Shown here in pieces: positions 13,753-26,645 of a DNA stretch of 64,000 nucleotides. Numbering within the stretch: position 1 is the first letter of the stretch; every line of letters starts with the position of its first letter. The position numbers and the translations under genes are program-made. The stretch comes from Amoebidium appalachense (lineage: Eukaryota; Protista; Ichthyosporea). The DNA is taken from contig CAVNZM010000007.1 of NCBI GenBank assembly GCA_963693365.1, forward strand, positions 6,755,962 through 6,819,961. The letters are read 5' to 3'. A model generated the notes under the pieces. The model was not told the DNA's origin. It saw nothing but the letters and a program-made list of their open reading frames with translations, and made no database searches.

Positions 13753-13953
13753 GCGTGCGGGCCATGACATGTACACGCTGATCATGAGTGGTGACTCATG
13801 ATACATTTGGACAGGCTGCACCATTGAATGCCATCATACCGTATGTAGTTTTTTTTACTGCTATAACAGGAATATTCATTCTGTAGCTTGGCTGAGGCTT
13901 CGCGTAATGCTGGCCCAGTGACTCACAGAACGTACATGCCTACTGTCAGATGT

Positions 13954-14075
13954 CTAACACGTACTGACGTGTTGCCGCACGTGCGACGTTATACATCTAC
14001 TTGAGGCGGGAAAAAAAAAGAAAAAAAAAAAAAAAAAAGAAAAGAAAAGGGAGACACCGCCTCAGTAGGTGGTAG
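13954..14075 (+). mobile_element. MITE copy 4 (9-bp TSD GTCA(G/A)ATGT)
   Basis: Same ends; flanks gtcagatgt (13945-13953) and gtcaaatgt (14076-14084). Confidence 0.8.
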
Positions 14076-14954
14076 GTCAAATGTCATAGCGTACAAAGAT
14101 GATCTTTTTGTAGGCGGGGCACGTGCATAAAATGCACGTTTCAAACTGCATGTGCCTGAGTTGCCTGCGCATGCGCGTGCGAGTGATAAAACTAAAATGT
14201 GAATTCCGTTAGCGTGGTACATGTGCCTATATAGGCTGGCGCTGCAAAAACAGATAAATGTGCTTTTGCAAAAGTTTCGTATGTACACTTGTGAGTTTGC
14301 ACCTCATTGAGAAGAAAAGACGTATGTACACATAATTTATCCGCCGCCGAACCGACCCGTTCATGAGCTGTGAAGGCTCCAACTTCTCCAAGTCCCACAA
14401 TGATCCCCCTATACTCGAAGTTTTTTTAGCCAGATTTTAACGGCATTGGAATGTTCAACAATCACCCACAACGCATTCCCGGAAGCCAAGGCTTGGACCC
14501 GCGGAAATTTCGTGGGAGTACGCAAGCGTTGCACGGTCGCAAAAGGGCAAATGGCAAGAGTAAGGACTGTTAGTGTTGGATAACTGGAAAAAAGCCCAAA
14601 GATAAGAGAAGTTGCTTCTTCGAATAATTTACATGCTTACAACCCTTTTTCATCACAGCAAACAAGCACCTGTCCATCCAGCTTTATTCAACCCAATCCA
14701 CTATTAAATTAATTAATAGCTCGGAGGTCCAGAAAAATGAGTGGGAGGGGGGTCCTTGCAAAAAATTTAAAGGCTTTTAACGGCGAACGGCAAACACCAA
14801 AACAAACAAACGGGCGTCTACAAAAGGCAAAAAACAACCCCACACCGCCACAACCCACGGTCCGCAAACGGTGAAGTGGGTGGACAGCAGGCAGTAGTGG
14901 TAGTACCGAATTTTATAACAACTTTCCCTGCAACCCTCCTACCACTATAACACC

Positions 14955-15710
14955 ATGAAGCATCCCGTCTACCTTTTCGGCCTTGTGGCCCTTCTTGCGC
15001 CCACCGTGTTTGCATCAAGCTGCGTCGAACAGTGCACCATCCTCCACTCCAAGGTGCCCCAAGGTTTTCCTGACTGCGAAGCTAAGTGCCTGGACCCAAC
15101 AAACAAGGAAATATGTCGCGGGGTATGTGGCTTCAACGCGGTTGGTCAAGACATTCTCAACCCGTCGTTCACACCCAACGACGCTCAAACTGTGGCCATC
15201 GCTGCGTGCGTCAAGGACGCGTGCCATGACCACCCCGATGTGCTTGCTCCAAACGCAGTTGCGAAGGGATGGAGGGAAGAAGATGATTATGATGATAAAT
15301 ACAAGTACTACTACCGCCGCAATGTTCCTAGGAGGGGTCAGGCTGATGCATCCCGCGATGAAGTTCCACGTAGGCGGGCGTTTGTCGCAGCCAAGGCAGC
15401 AGCAGAGAGCCGTGAAAGGAAGAATTTTGCGCAGAAACTGGACGGCTTTTTTGTTTTTGCCGGAAATGTCGTCACCAAACTTTTGAATCTCGTGGACAAA
15501 GTTGACCGGGCTGTTGATAATTCGCGCGAGATACTCGGCAGGGTGCAGGAGGACATTAACACGATCAGGGGGAACAAGCCTGTCCTGAAACCCCTCAACG
15601 GCAAAAATTACGACGATTACAAGAATAATTACGAGGTTATTGAGGCGGCCCTCGCGGCACGCCGTCATCGTGCGCAGAGGAAGTTCGGTGCAAAACGCAG
15701 GGATTGGTAA
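14955..15710 (+). CDS. Secreted cysteine-rich protein of unknown function, paralogue B (251 aa, intronless)
   Basis: Same signal peptide, 8-Cys pattern, ADASRDE motif, helix and C-terminus (AQRKFGAKRR.W) as 3702-4529. Flanking DNA is also homologous (about 14300-16270 vs 3130-4960). Confidence 0.85.
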   Translation: MKHPVYLFGLVALLAPTVFASSCVEQCTILHSKVPQGFPDCEAKCLDPTNKEICRGVCGFNAVGQDILNPSFTPNDAQTVAIAACVKDACHDHPDVLAPNAVAKGWREEDDYDDKYKYYYRRNVPRRGQADASRDEVPRRRAFVAAKAAAESRERKNFAQKLDGFFVFAGNVVTKLLNLVDKVDRAVDNSREILGRVQEDINTIRGNKPVLKPLNGKNYDDYKNNYEVIEAALAARRHRAQRKFGAKRRDW

Positions 15711-16599
15711 ATACGGATAAAACCGACTATGCATGCATTCTGTTGAACATACATACCGTTCAACTTGGCAGTACAAGCATTAATGATAGATATATCAGAC
15801 AAGTGTGGTCGACTTGACAACAGGTGTTGTAGAAAGAAGTTTCCTTTTTTTTTTTTTTTTTTTTTTTTTTGTCTCTTCTCGTGTTCTCTGCTGGCCGGTC
15901 ACGGTACTGTGTCCAATTATGGACGTCAGGTGCTAGACAAGATTTGTTTTACAGCTTTAAAAATTTTTTAAAAAAAAAGTCAGAAAAAAGAACTAGGAGT
16001 AATATATATGTTTTCCATCAGAGCTTTTTTACCTCTTATACTTCCCCCCTCCCCCCCGCCGGGGGGACCTCCAGTGACCTCTTCTTTTAGTGCCCGTGTT
16101 TTTTCGCTGTCTGGGCGCTATGCTGGCAAGGATACTGCACCCGTGTTTTGAGTGAAGTGCCCATACTGGCTTTTAAGTGTGTTGAGTGTGATTGAACTTG
16201 GAAACTGAGGATACTATGTATGATGGTTGCCGTGATGATTGTGATAATAGAATTTTTGACATGATAAGAAATAGAGGAGGTGTGTTGTATGCAGCAAGTC
16301 TTTAAGTAAAAGGCTTTATTCGCCTTTTTTGGGTCAAAATGTTGACATTCTTTTTGTGGCGAACGCCAATTGTTGAGTATATTTTTAGGTCGACTGAAGC
16401 TGGCTGAAGCAATTGAGGGGATAGCTGGTGGTGCCTTTTTTTTTTCCCTGCACAAATCTTACCCCAACACGCAAACATACATGCATGCAAATGTACCCAT
16501 TAGCCCATTCATGCGGTTGTGTTAACATCAGTGATCACTTGTACATGACATGAGTGTGCTCGCCTGACCTGCTCGTGTGTACATGTGTGTGTTTGTCCG

Positions 16600-18315
16600 T
16601 GTGTGTTGCAGGTGGCTCTGGGTGACTATATTTGTGCATGTTGTGTCTCGCGGACCATACACGTGTGTTCGCTCCCCCCCCCCCCCCCCATTTTACCCAC
16701 CCACGTACCCCCCTCTCCCTGCCCTCTTGTGGATTGCTGTTCCGGGCACACATGTAAACGGCGACTTGTTGAAAAGAGGTAGCAGCTGTCGAGTTATCTT
16801 TAGATGCCATATGCAAGCTACTTAGCCTGCCTAGACATTTCTTTTCGTACCTCAATATTGGAACTATCTAAAGTCTCTCTCTCTCTCTCTCTCTCAATCT
16901 CTCGCTATCTCTCGCTCCCCCCCCCCCCCCCTCCCCCCCCCCCCCCCAACCAACCAAAAAAAAAAAAAGAAAGAAAAGAAAGAAACTTCCGTGACATGCG
17001 CCAGCCTAAGCACACACACACGAGCACTAAGTACCGTACATCCCATCGCACTGCGGCACACACACACACATACACACACACGTGTACACACTCCCTCGCT
17101 TCCTTCTCCCTCCCCCCCCCTTCCCCCCTCCCCCCTCCCGGGGCTCCCTCCGCCCACCACCACCACCAACTCCTCATTCCCTCTCTCCTTCCCCCCCCCC
17201 CCCCCCCCCCCCCCCAATATCTGTCTCTCAGCTCTAGCTCTCCGAGGCTCTCTATCCCCCCCTCTGTTGTAACTTGTGTTTGCTGGATTGTTTATTCTGG
17301 CCTCCGGGGCCTGGTTATATACCTTTGGCTGACAATCCAGATTGATTCCGATTGGTAAATCTAATTCTAGTGACGTCAATACATGTCTATCTCAATCATA
17401 TTACACCATCGAATGCTCTAGATCTATCGCAATCTACCGTAAGTATCCCTGAATATACAAGATATCACCTATGACTAGTATACACTTATCTATGCATTAT
17501 TCCATCACTAAAACCGAGTACACAGGGCATGCTATTCCTGTACTATGGATTCTGACACCCTCCCCCCCCCCTTTCTTCCCCCCCTCCTCGCCCCTCAGTC
17601 CAACAAAATAAATCTTACTATGTTGCATACATATACATACATACCCCCCCCCCCCCTTCTCCCCCCCTGGGGAGACCCACCGGCCCCCCTCCCCACTCCC
17701 GCCTCAAGCTCCCGTGGGCCTAGCGTGCACACCCAGTCTCCCCCCCCCCTCCCCCTCCCCCCCCCCCCCCCCCCCCCCCCATATTGCCATGAAACCCCCC
17801 CCCCCCCCCCCAAAAAAAAAAAAAAAAAAAAAAACTACCGCACCCCACGCCACCAACCCGGCAGCATAATACTTGATTTTAGTAATATTTCACGACACAA
17901 GCACGATACAGCCACTGAGAAATCCAAAAAGTACCGATGGATTCGAGCTGAAAAGGAAGGTTCAACAGGTAGTACGCCCTCATACGTGCAGCTTTAGTAG
18001 TCTTACGGTAGAATTTGTGTTGCAAGTGGTTGTGGGTGACTATATGTGCATGTTGTATCTCGCGGGGCATACACGTGTGTGTTCATGTGACCCCCGGGGC
18101 TCCGGCCTCCCCCCCCCCCCCCTTCCCCCCCCCCCCCCCCTCCCCCCCCCCCCCCCCCCCCCCCGCTCTCTTGCGGATTGCTGTTCCGGGCACACATGTA
18201 AACGGCGGCTTGTTAGAAATGGAATAGCAGCTGCTGAGTTAATCTTTACATGATATTGAAGTCACTAAGTCTGATTAAACAGTTCTTTTCGTACCTAAAC
18301 AGTGGAACTATCTTA

Positions 18316-18363
<48 letters not shown>

Positions 18364-18831
18364 AAAAAAAAACCAACTCAGTGACATGCGCCTGCATAAG
18401 CACACACACACGAGCACTGATTACCACATCAAATCGCAGCAGTGCGGCACACACACACGCACACACACACTCCCTCATCCCCCCCCCCCCCCCCCCCTTG
18501 TACCCCCACCACCACCACCTCCTCCCCTTTCTTCCACTCTCTCTCACTCTCTCTCCCTCTCTCTCTCTCTCTCTCCCCCCCCCCCCCCCCCCCCCCCCCT
18601 TCTCTCTCTCCCAGCTCTCCGCTCTCCGAGGCTCTCTATCCCCCCCCCCCCCCCCCCCCCCCCCTCCCGGGGGGCCTTTCCCCCTTCTCTCCCCTCAGTC
18701 CAACAAAATAAATTTACTATGTGAACACACATACATACCCCCCTTCCCCTTAAGGCTCCCCTCCTGGGGGACCCCCGGCCCCCTCCCCCCTCCCGCCTCA
18801 AGCTCCCGTGGGCCCAGCGCACACACCCAGT

Positions 18832-18900
<69 letters not shown>

Positions 18901-19152
18901 TTCCCCCAAACCCACCAACCCCACCCCCCACCCCACCCCCACCCCACCAGCCCCACAGCGTGACATGATTATAGTGATACTTCAAGACACAACTGAAACG
19001 ACACTGTGGCAGCCACTGAGAAATCCAATAAGTACTACGACGATGAGTTACGAACTGAAAAGGAAGGTTGCCCCAACAGTTACGTAGGGGGGGGGCCGGC
19101 CAACTCGGCCTTCCGTAGCTCATACGTGGAGCTTTAGTGGTCTTACGGTAGA
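16600..19152 (+). repeat. Tandem duplication of a roughly 1.1-kb non-coding unit (about 16600-18014 and 18015-19152)
   Basis: Shared blocks in the same order: GTGTTGCA.GTGG...GGGTGACTATAT, GGATTGCTGTTCCGGGCACACATGTAAACGGCG, GTGACATGCGCC, CCCCTCAGTCCAACAAAATAAAT, CCCGCCTCAAGCTCCCGTGGGCC, GCTTTAGT.GTCTTACGGTAGAA. Confidence 0.85.
17265..17557 (-). mobile_element. Solo LTR (293 bp) with 5-bp TSD CCCTC
   Basis: TGT..ACA ends; ccctc at 17260-17264 and 17558-17562; minus-strand TATATAA (about 17315-17321) and AATAAA (17291-17296) near the 3' end; absent from the matching site in the second tandem copy (about 18640-18665). Confidence 0.75.
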
Positions 19153-19856
19153 AAATGGATTTATTCGACGGAAAGATATGCAAGTATGCACGGCATAAAT
19201 TTCGTTTTTGGTATATCTCGTTGGATATCCGGATCCGGTGAAGATATCTCACTAAATGAATTCATATGACACGTGCAGCTTTTAGCAGTCTTACGGTAGA
19301 ATCCTCGTTTTTAGTATATCTCGTTGGATATCCGGTGAAGATATCTCAGCGATTATCTCGTTGTGTCTATGGCAACTGTACTATATATCCAAATCTTAGC
19401 CTTGTCTGATGCCCCGATCGAAATAAAATCCATTATAAAAAATTTTTAAAAAAAAACAGCTACGGTAACCTTGGTGAGTGCTATCACAGAGAGTAAACGG
19501 TCACTATTGTCTTTGCTGTCATTACCAAGGGACCATAGCAGAGACCCTGACTACAGTATATATGCTGTGTTACCTTCCCACTAGCGAGCGCAGGCTGGGA
19601 CAAAAAAGGCCGATTATAATGCATATGACATGTAGGGTACCTCACCCATTCAAGGCGTCCGATCTATGTATACGTAATATCTCACCCTACTAGGGTGGAG
19701 TAAGATACTGTGGTAAAAATGTGTTGCTAAGCTAATTGTACCATTAGCACCCTAGCTGCCGCAAGGATATTAGTAGGGTGGTTACCATAGAATGCTATGC
19801 AGGAGTCGGTAACCTTCCCTCCGGCAACAAGAACGGCAGAACGGGATGGAGAAGGG

Positions 19857-19899
<43 letters not shown>

Positions 19900-20534
19900 A
19901 CCCTTGAAAAAAAAATCCGGGAATAAAAGAAGGGAGTGGGAAAAAAAAAAAAAAGAAAAAAGAAAAGAATAAAAAAAGAAGAAGAAATAATTCGATAAGT
20001 ACCATGTGCATAATGCATATTAAGAGCAACTATAGAACGAAAAATAACTCGAATCGTTTAAAAACATTCCAGTGACTGACAGGTTCCACGTTTGAGGGTC
20101 CCATAGCTCCGAGGGCCGCCTGCTTTATAACACAACATTTCTCACACTTCACCATATCGGTATCGCTGCCCTTCAAGTTGACTATAAACGTTATTGTGTC
20201 ACGGGGCTGTTAAGCTTTCCTGCACCGCCCCCCCCCCCCCCCCCCCCCCCCCCTCCCCCCCCCCCCCTCCCCATCCCCCCCCCCACCCCTCTCTCTCGGG
20301 TCCGAACTATACACACACCCATCGTCAGTGGCTCTCCGAACCACACAGAAACATATATCAAGTTTTTAAAGCACGTCTTAGCCTAGGGGGGTACTAACGC
20401 AGTTTCGTGTCACGTGCAATGTGGTGAAGTTGCACGAGCAGTTTCATATGATCATTCAGCGATTGCATCATCGGGACTTTATAATGGTAGATAGTATGTA
20501 AGGTACATTTGGTGTATTATACTCAGCCGAGAAT

Positions 20535-22008
20535 ATGGGCCAATTCTTCATAAACATTGAGGTGGGTTTCTGCCAATTTTGCGCAAATGTAGGGAATAGT
20601 TGGAGCGAGTTTAGGGAGAGACTTGAGAGGGCGACAAAGGAAAGACGGCAAATCCGGAGGGAGAGAAGGAGAGGTTGAGCAGGAACAGAGAAGGGAGAGG
20701 GAGAGGGAGAGGGAGAGAGCTGAGCAGGAAAAAAGAAGGGACAGGGAGAGGGAGAATGAGAGAGTTGAGCAAAAACAAACGTTGGAGAGGGAGAGTGAGA
20801 GGGAGAGAGTTGAGCAGGAACGCAGGTTGGAGAGAGAGAGGGAGAGATAGAAAGTTGAGCAGGAACAAAGGTTGGAGAGGGAGAGAGAGAGACAAAGAGT
20901 TGAGCAGGAACAAAGGTTGGAGAGGGAGAGAGAGAGAGTTTAACAGGAACGCAGGTTGGAGAGGGAGAGAGAGAGACAGAGTTGAGCAGGAACAAAGGTT
21001 GGAGAGGGAGAGACAGAGAGTTGAACAGGAACGCAGGCTGGAGAGGGAGAGACAGAGAGTTGAGCAGGAACAAAGGTTGGAGAGGGAGAGACAGAGAGTT
21101 GAGCAGGAACACAGGTTGGAGAGGGGGAGAGAGTGGGAGAGAGTTGAACAGGAACACAGGTTGAAGAAGGAGAGAGAGAGGGAGAGAGTTGAGCAGGAAC
21201 AAAGGTTGGAGAGGGAGAGAGAAAGAGTTGAGCAGGAACGCAGGTTGGAGAGGGAGAGGGAGAGACAGAGAGTTGAGCAGGAACAACGGCTGGAGACGGA
21301 GAGGGATAGACTGAGGGAGAAAGTTGAGCAGGAACGCAGGTTGGAGAGGGAGAGGGAGAGGGAGAGGGAGAGGGAAAGGGAAAGGGAGAGGGAGAGGGGG
21401 AGAAGGAGAGGGAGAGGGAGAGAGAGAGCCTAGAGAGGGAAAGAGAGAGGGAGAGGGTTCGAAAAATTGAGATCCAGAGGTGGCAGCTCGCAAACGCAGC
21501 GGAATTTTGGCCATCCCAGCCTCGAGATGAATTGCCCTCTCAGGCTACGGCAAGTCGACGAATAGGCACGCAGGCAGCAACCAAACCGGGGTTTCTGATT
21601 GGACAGCACCATGGTGTGGCGGGTGCGATGATGCGAGATATCAATCGGCAAGTACCCATTGCAACCTCTCACGTGCACACCACTCGCCATCATTTGGACA
21701 CGGAAATTCAAATTCGAATTTTCAATTGTATCGGAATGCGGCAGGTAGAGAAGTATTTGTGGATTCGGAGGAAAGCGGAGGCGAATATATCTGCACGGGT
21801 GGGTGGGAGGAAGAGGAAGAGGAAGATTCCACAAGCGAATTCGAGCAAAATCACCCTGTTGGGACATGTATATACCTGCGAGCGAGCAAAGTGCTGTACA
21901 CGCAGGACAGTATCGCGTGCAGATTTCAGTGTGGAATGCGAGTGGATGAAGCCCAGCCGGAGGACATTGAGGATATGGACCCTTTCAAGGTAAGGGCGGG
22001 GGGAGGGG

Positions 22009-22039
<31 letters not shown>

Positions 22040-22245
22040 CTGTTCAACCCGTAGATTTTCGATCAAGTTGCTCTTTTGCAAAATCAACGGGATGGCTAAT
22101 GCTTCCCGGTATATCCTGCAATGACACCCCCCCCCCCCCCCCCCCCCCACCTCCTTGCCTCTTAAGACCCCCCCTCCCCCCAAAAAAAGAAAGAAGAAGG
22201 AAAAAAACAGCCTTAAAAAAGAAAAAAATCCCTCCCCCCACCCCT

Positions 22246-22279
<34 letters not shown>

Positions 22280-22346
22280 TTTCCCCGCCCCTCCCACCCC
22301 GCTCCCCCTCCCTATCCCCACCCACTGACACACCCACCCCTCCCCA

Positions 22347-22380
<34 letters not shown>

Positions 22381-22730
22381 ACACGCACACACACACACAC
22401 ACAAAACACACACACCATCCCCTGTTTGACATGGGGGGGGGGGGGGGGGGGAGGGGAGGGGGGGGGGGGGGGGGGGGTCCTGATGTGCACACCCGGGGCC
22501 ACACAATATTGCAGGGAAAGTCATCCTAACCAATGGTTCCTCTTTTCAGGTGTTCTGGGATCCTTCACCGTCGGCAATATTGGTCGCTAGACAACAGGCG
22601 CCTGTACGTGGGCCGGAAACACGACATGCACATGCAAGCAGTGGTGGTGGACAGACACGGTGTCGACAGGGAAAGATTGACGAACGCACGTGGAAACTAT
22701 GTGCGTGTGCGCAATCGGCGCTATTACTAG
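20535..22730 (+). CDS. Glu/Arg-rich repeat (coiled-coil/charged helix) protein, unknown C-terminal region; frameshifted as assembled
   Basis: Repeats encode ERVEQEQRLERE with frame changes at (GA)n runs. Frame from 21421 continues VRKIEIQRWQL...KRKRK...WTLS; phase-2 intron AG|GTAAGG (21990) to tttcag| (22549) gives ...NARGNYVRVRNRRYY*. Confidence 0.45.
20672..21350 (+). repeat. Coding minisatellite, about 16 copies of 39-51 bp
   Basis: Core GAGTTGAGCAGGAAC(AA/GC)AGGTTGGAGAGGG followed by variable (GA)n. Confidence 0.9.
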
Positions 22731-24352
22731 AGTGACTCGTTACAGTACATGCCGTGTATTCAACGTCATATGTTTTTATAAAACAAACAAAAAGTATCAA
22801 TTAAGTTAAAGGCTGATGTATGTTGTTATGTTTTCAGTATTAGTGTTGAATGATTTTATACTTTTTACATTTTAAACTTCTCCCACGGGCAAACAGATCG
22901 ATTGTGGCCGTCCTCCGTTCCGCCCTATCCACTGATTCAAACCTGTACAGTGATTTTCTTAATCTTCCTTCCTTATTTCTTTTTCTTTCTTCCATATCTT
23001 TCATTTTTTATAAACGTGCGCACCAAACCTTCTTATTCAGTATTTTTTGGTATTGGATTTTATTTCAATCGGGGCATCACACAGGGCTGAGAATGGATAT
23101 ATAGTACAGAACTTCCCGGCCCGAATTTCCATATATGGCTGATCAGTCAGATCGCGCGCAAACTATTGGTTAATGCAAGTTTTTTTTTTCCGGCCCGCGA
23201 TACACCTAATTTCTTATCTTTGCTTATTTCGACCACGAAAGTGCCTTTTGGGGGGGCGGGGGGGGGGGAATTGGGAACACGGTACCAAGTACACATACAC
23301 GATACACGATGAGAAGCTTGGTGTGTGTGTTGGGGGGGTGGGGAGGGAGGGGGGGGGGGGAGGTTGCAAATCAGTAGCTAGGGGGGCTTACAATAGAGTA
23401 GCTATAATACATTAAATAAAGGGGGGTGTGGGGGGGGAAAGAGAGAGAGGCAGGGGAGGGGAGGGGGGAGGGGGGTATATTACTGATTGCGAGAGAGAGG
23501 CTTGGAGAGGGGCAGGGCAAAGCGCCGGGGGGGGGGGGAGGGGGGGGAGGAAGGGAAGATCATTGCAGACTTGGCAAATCGATTTACTGCATGAAGTCAC
23601 CATGTGGTGCGTATATGTACATGCGACTGTGTTTTTTTTAATTGGTCGCAACTTCTTGGTTTGTTTTGATGCGTTTCACCCTACACCTTACGTACACTTA
23701 GTTAAGTTGCAACGATTATATCATCTTTACACTTAGTTAATTTATGCAACGATTATATCATGTTTACCGTACGTTATTTTAAATAAGTCAGTGTATGTTA
23801 TCAAAGCAAGTAGAAACAAAACATTTACTGGTGCTATCACTGACAGATCTTTATGGGAGTTAATATGTACACGTACATGACTCTGCCAATACAATACTTA
23901 AGGGCTTTTTGATTGTCTGCCCAGTCGCTCAGCTTAAGAGTCCATCGATTTCAAAGGAAATCTCTGTCTTTGAGATTCACAAGAATACATGGTCAAAAGC
24001 CGTTTTCTCTATAATTTTCGTAAATGTACACGGTTATTTCCTTATAGCTTTATACAAATACATGACTAAAGCACATGGTTACATCTTGAGGTCTGCAGGG
24101 ATGCATTGTGAAAATTCCTGAAATATACGTCCATTACTACAGCTTACATCATGTGACTTTCTAACGTCAGATGGGAGTGCAACAAGAGACAGAACGACGA
24201 GCCCCCCTCCCCCCCCCCCTCCCCTAAGGCCTTCCTCTCTCCTGCCCTACAGGTAGTAAATGCAAAAGCAGGAATAACTTGCACCTGGTGTTATGTGTGT
24301 CGATGTGTTGCATAAAACAAGGATACAATTTTTTAGAACATCTGAGAGCATT

Positions 24353-25940
24353 CTAGAGCACGGACCTTTTCCCCATTGCAGGCATAGTGCTGGCAAGCGC
24401 CTGCCTGCCAGCGTGCTTGTAGTCGAAACCACACTCGTGATCCTCAGCCAATCGGTGCGCCGGACAAAACACCGTCCCACAGCGGCACGGCATGGCGACC
24501 AATCCAACCTTCTTCCCGCACATTCCACACCGGCCCGGTTTGCCGGCAAACTTGTTCGTCTCCGTCGTTTTCTGCTCGGACACACACGTGGCACGTGTTA
24601 GCTCCAACGACCGAAGCGTTTCCTTTGCCTTCTTTGCTATTTTCGGCGATCCGTCGTTTCCAAATCGGGAAACGGACGGATGCGACGAGAAAACGAGGGA
24701 GTTAGCCCCCGAATGGAAATGGGCCGTCGGCAACCGATTGCCCTTATTCGTGTCCGCCGAATACACCAATAGGTTGCCGCATGAGGACGGATCCGAGAGA
24801 GATGATTGGTGCGCAGGCGACACATCCCAGCAAGATCGACCAATCCCACACTGCTTCGAATCATCGCCGTTTTGCCCCGTTCCCCCCATAGCTCTCTCAC
24901 CTTCTCCAACCGCATCGCTCACCGCTCCTCCGCCTAGGGGGGAAGGTTGTCGTTGTTTCTTTTGCTGCGTAGCCGCCAGGAAAAGAGACGCGCCCGTCGG
25001 GAGCGAGGGAAGAGTGCAGGGTAACTTGACGTGGGGGGCAACGCCGAATTCCATTGGTGGATCCTCGTTTGCCATGGGGCAGGGTAGATCGTACATTCCG
25101 GGTATCGGGTTGGAGATGGTCCGGGCCAAGCTCAGGTTCGAATCCATCCCTTCCAAAAACCGCTCCGCCGCGTCCCGTCGGCCAATCAAAAACTCCCGTT
25201 CGCTCATGAGCCCCCCCGACTCTGACCCCCCTGGCCCACGGGACGGTGCTGGGCCGGCGATGAGCCCCATGCTCGAATTTTGGTCTTGCATGCACGCGTT
25301 CAGCTGCTGCCGAAGTGAACGCATTTTCGTGCGAGCGCCCCGTTTTTCGGAAAATCTGCTGACGGAATTCACAGAAAGCCCGTCGAAAGAGTCATTCGGG
25401 CCGAATGAGGAAGTCGACCCGACCCGGCTAACTGATAGGCTCGATTCGTCTCTGCCAAATTGCAGCGAATTTTCGCGGCTGAAAATGGACTCCGTGCATT
25501 CTTGCGCAAAAGGGACTGAAATGGATGGAGGGGGACTGCATGCCGTCACTCGAGTGATCGGAAGACTGGAAACCCGTTGAAAATTCGGTGATTTTGGTAT
25601 GGTAATACCGGATTTCGGGCTTGATGATGTTGCCCGCGCCGGAAGATCCGGCCAGTCGAAATCGTTTTTCGTTTTCGGTTGGAGAAGTGACTGTAGGGAA
25701 GAGGAACTATGAGCTCTCTCCACGGGAACATATTTGGGATCTGGAAATGTGGATTTCGATTGCAATATGTGCGGTTTATGGGGGTTATTCAATCGGTGTT
25801 GCATCTGACGGAGGGGGCCCATGTCGTCGGCGACTAGTTGCACGTGCACAACCATGTGTTGGTCTCCGACTTTGCTGACGAAGGTGAGCGGTGTCTTGTT
25901 GGCTATCAGTTCGTCAATCTGTGTGTGTGCGTGTGTTGTG

Positions 25941-25994
<54 letters not shown>

Positions 25995-26328
25995 GATGAA
26001 AATGGTGGGGGCTAGAAAAGGGAGGAAATGTGTGAGTAGGTAGGTCCAACATTAGGCATGAGAATGCATCTCTGTTTTGTGTTTTGTAGTTGTGATGTCT
26101 GAAAAATGGTGTGAAGGTGTGTGGTGTGTGGCGCAAGCGCGTGCGCATGGGTGTTTAGATAGGGGAGGCAGGAACATAGTGCCAATAGACAGAAACAGTT
26201 GGAGGAGGAAGAGGTGCTCTTTAGAACGATTGGTGCCATTGCTGTGACCTGGTGGTCGTCGTGTTTCATTTTTCCCTTTCTTTCTTTTTTTTTCCTTTTT
26301 CCTTTTTTTTTTTTGGTGGTGGTGGGGA

Positions 26329-26374
<46 letters not shown>

Positions 26375-26610
26375 GGGGGGAGGATGAAGTGAGAAAGCTC
26401 TGCAAGAAAAGCCCATCTGTGAGATGAAGCCAAAAAGAAGAAACGTAACAATAAATATGATGTTCATGTGCCACAGTGTCCATTTAGAAAAAATGGTTTG
26501 AAACTAGCAATGTGATTGGGATGGGGAGGGCGGTAGGAGTGGCGAGATGGGAGGGCGCGAGAGGGCCGGAAGAGAGGGAGGGGGGGGGGGGGGGGGGGAG
26601 GGGAGGGGAG

Positions 26611-26645
<35 letters not shown>

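Noticed and set aside
15015-15776. 253-aa - strand ORF
   Set aside because: Antisense to paralogue B; not conserved as one ORF opposite paralogue A.
19681-19700. CACCCT-ACT-AGGGTG hairpin as a Helitron 3' end
   Set aside because: No CTRR terminus at the expected distance and no 5' TC end identified.
24492-25580. 362-aa + strand ORF
   Set aside because: Antisense shadow of the ZFAND4-like exon; no independent motif.
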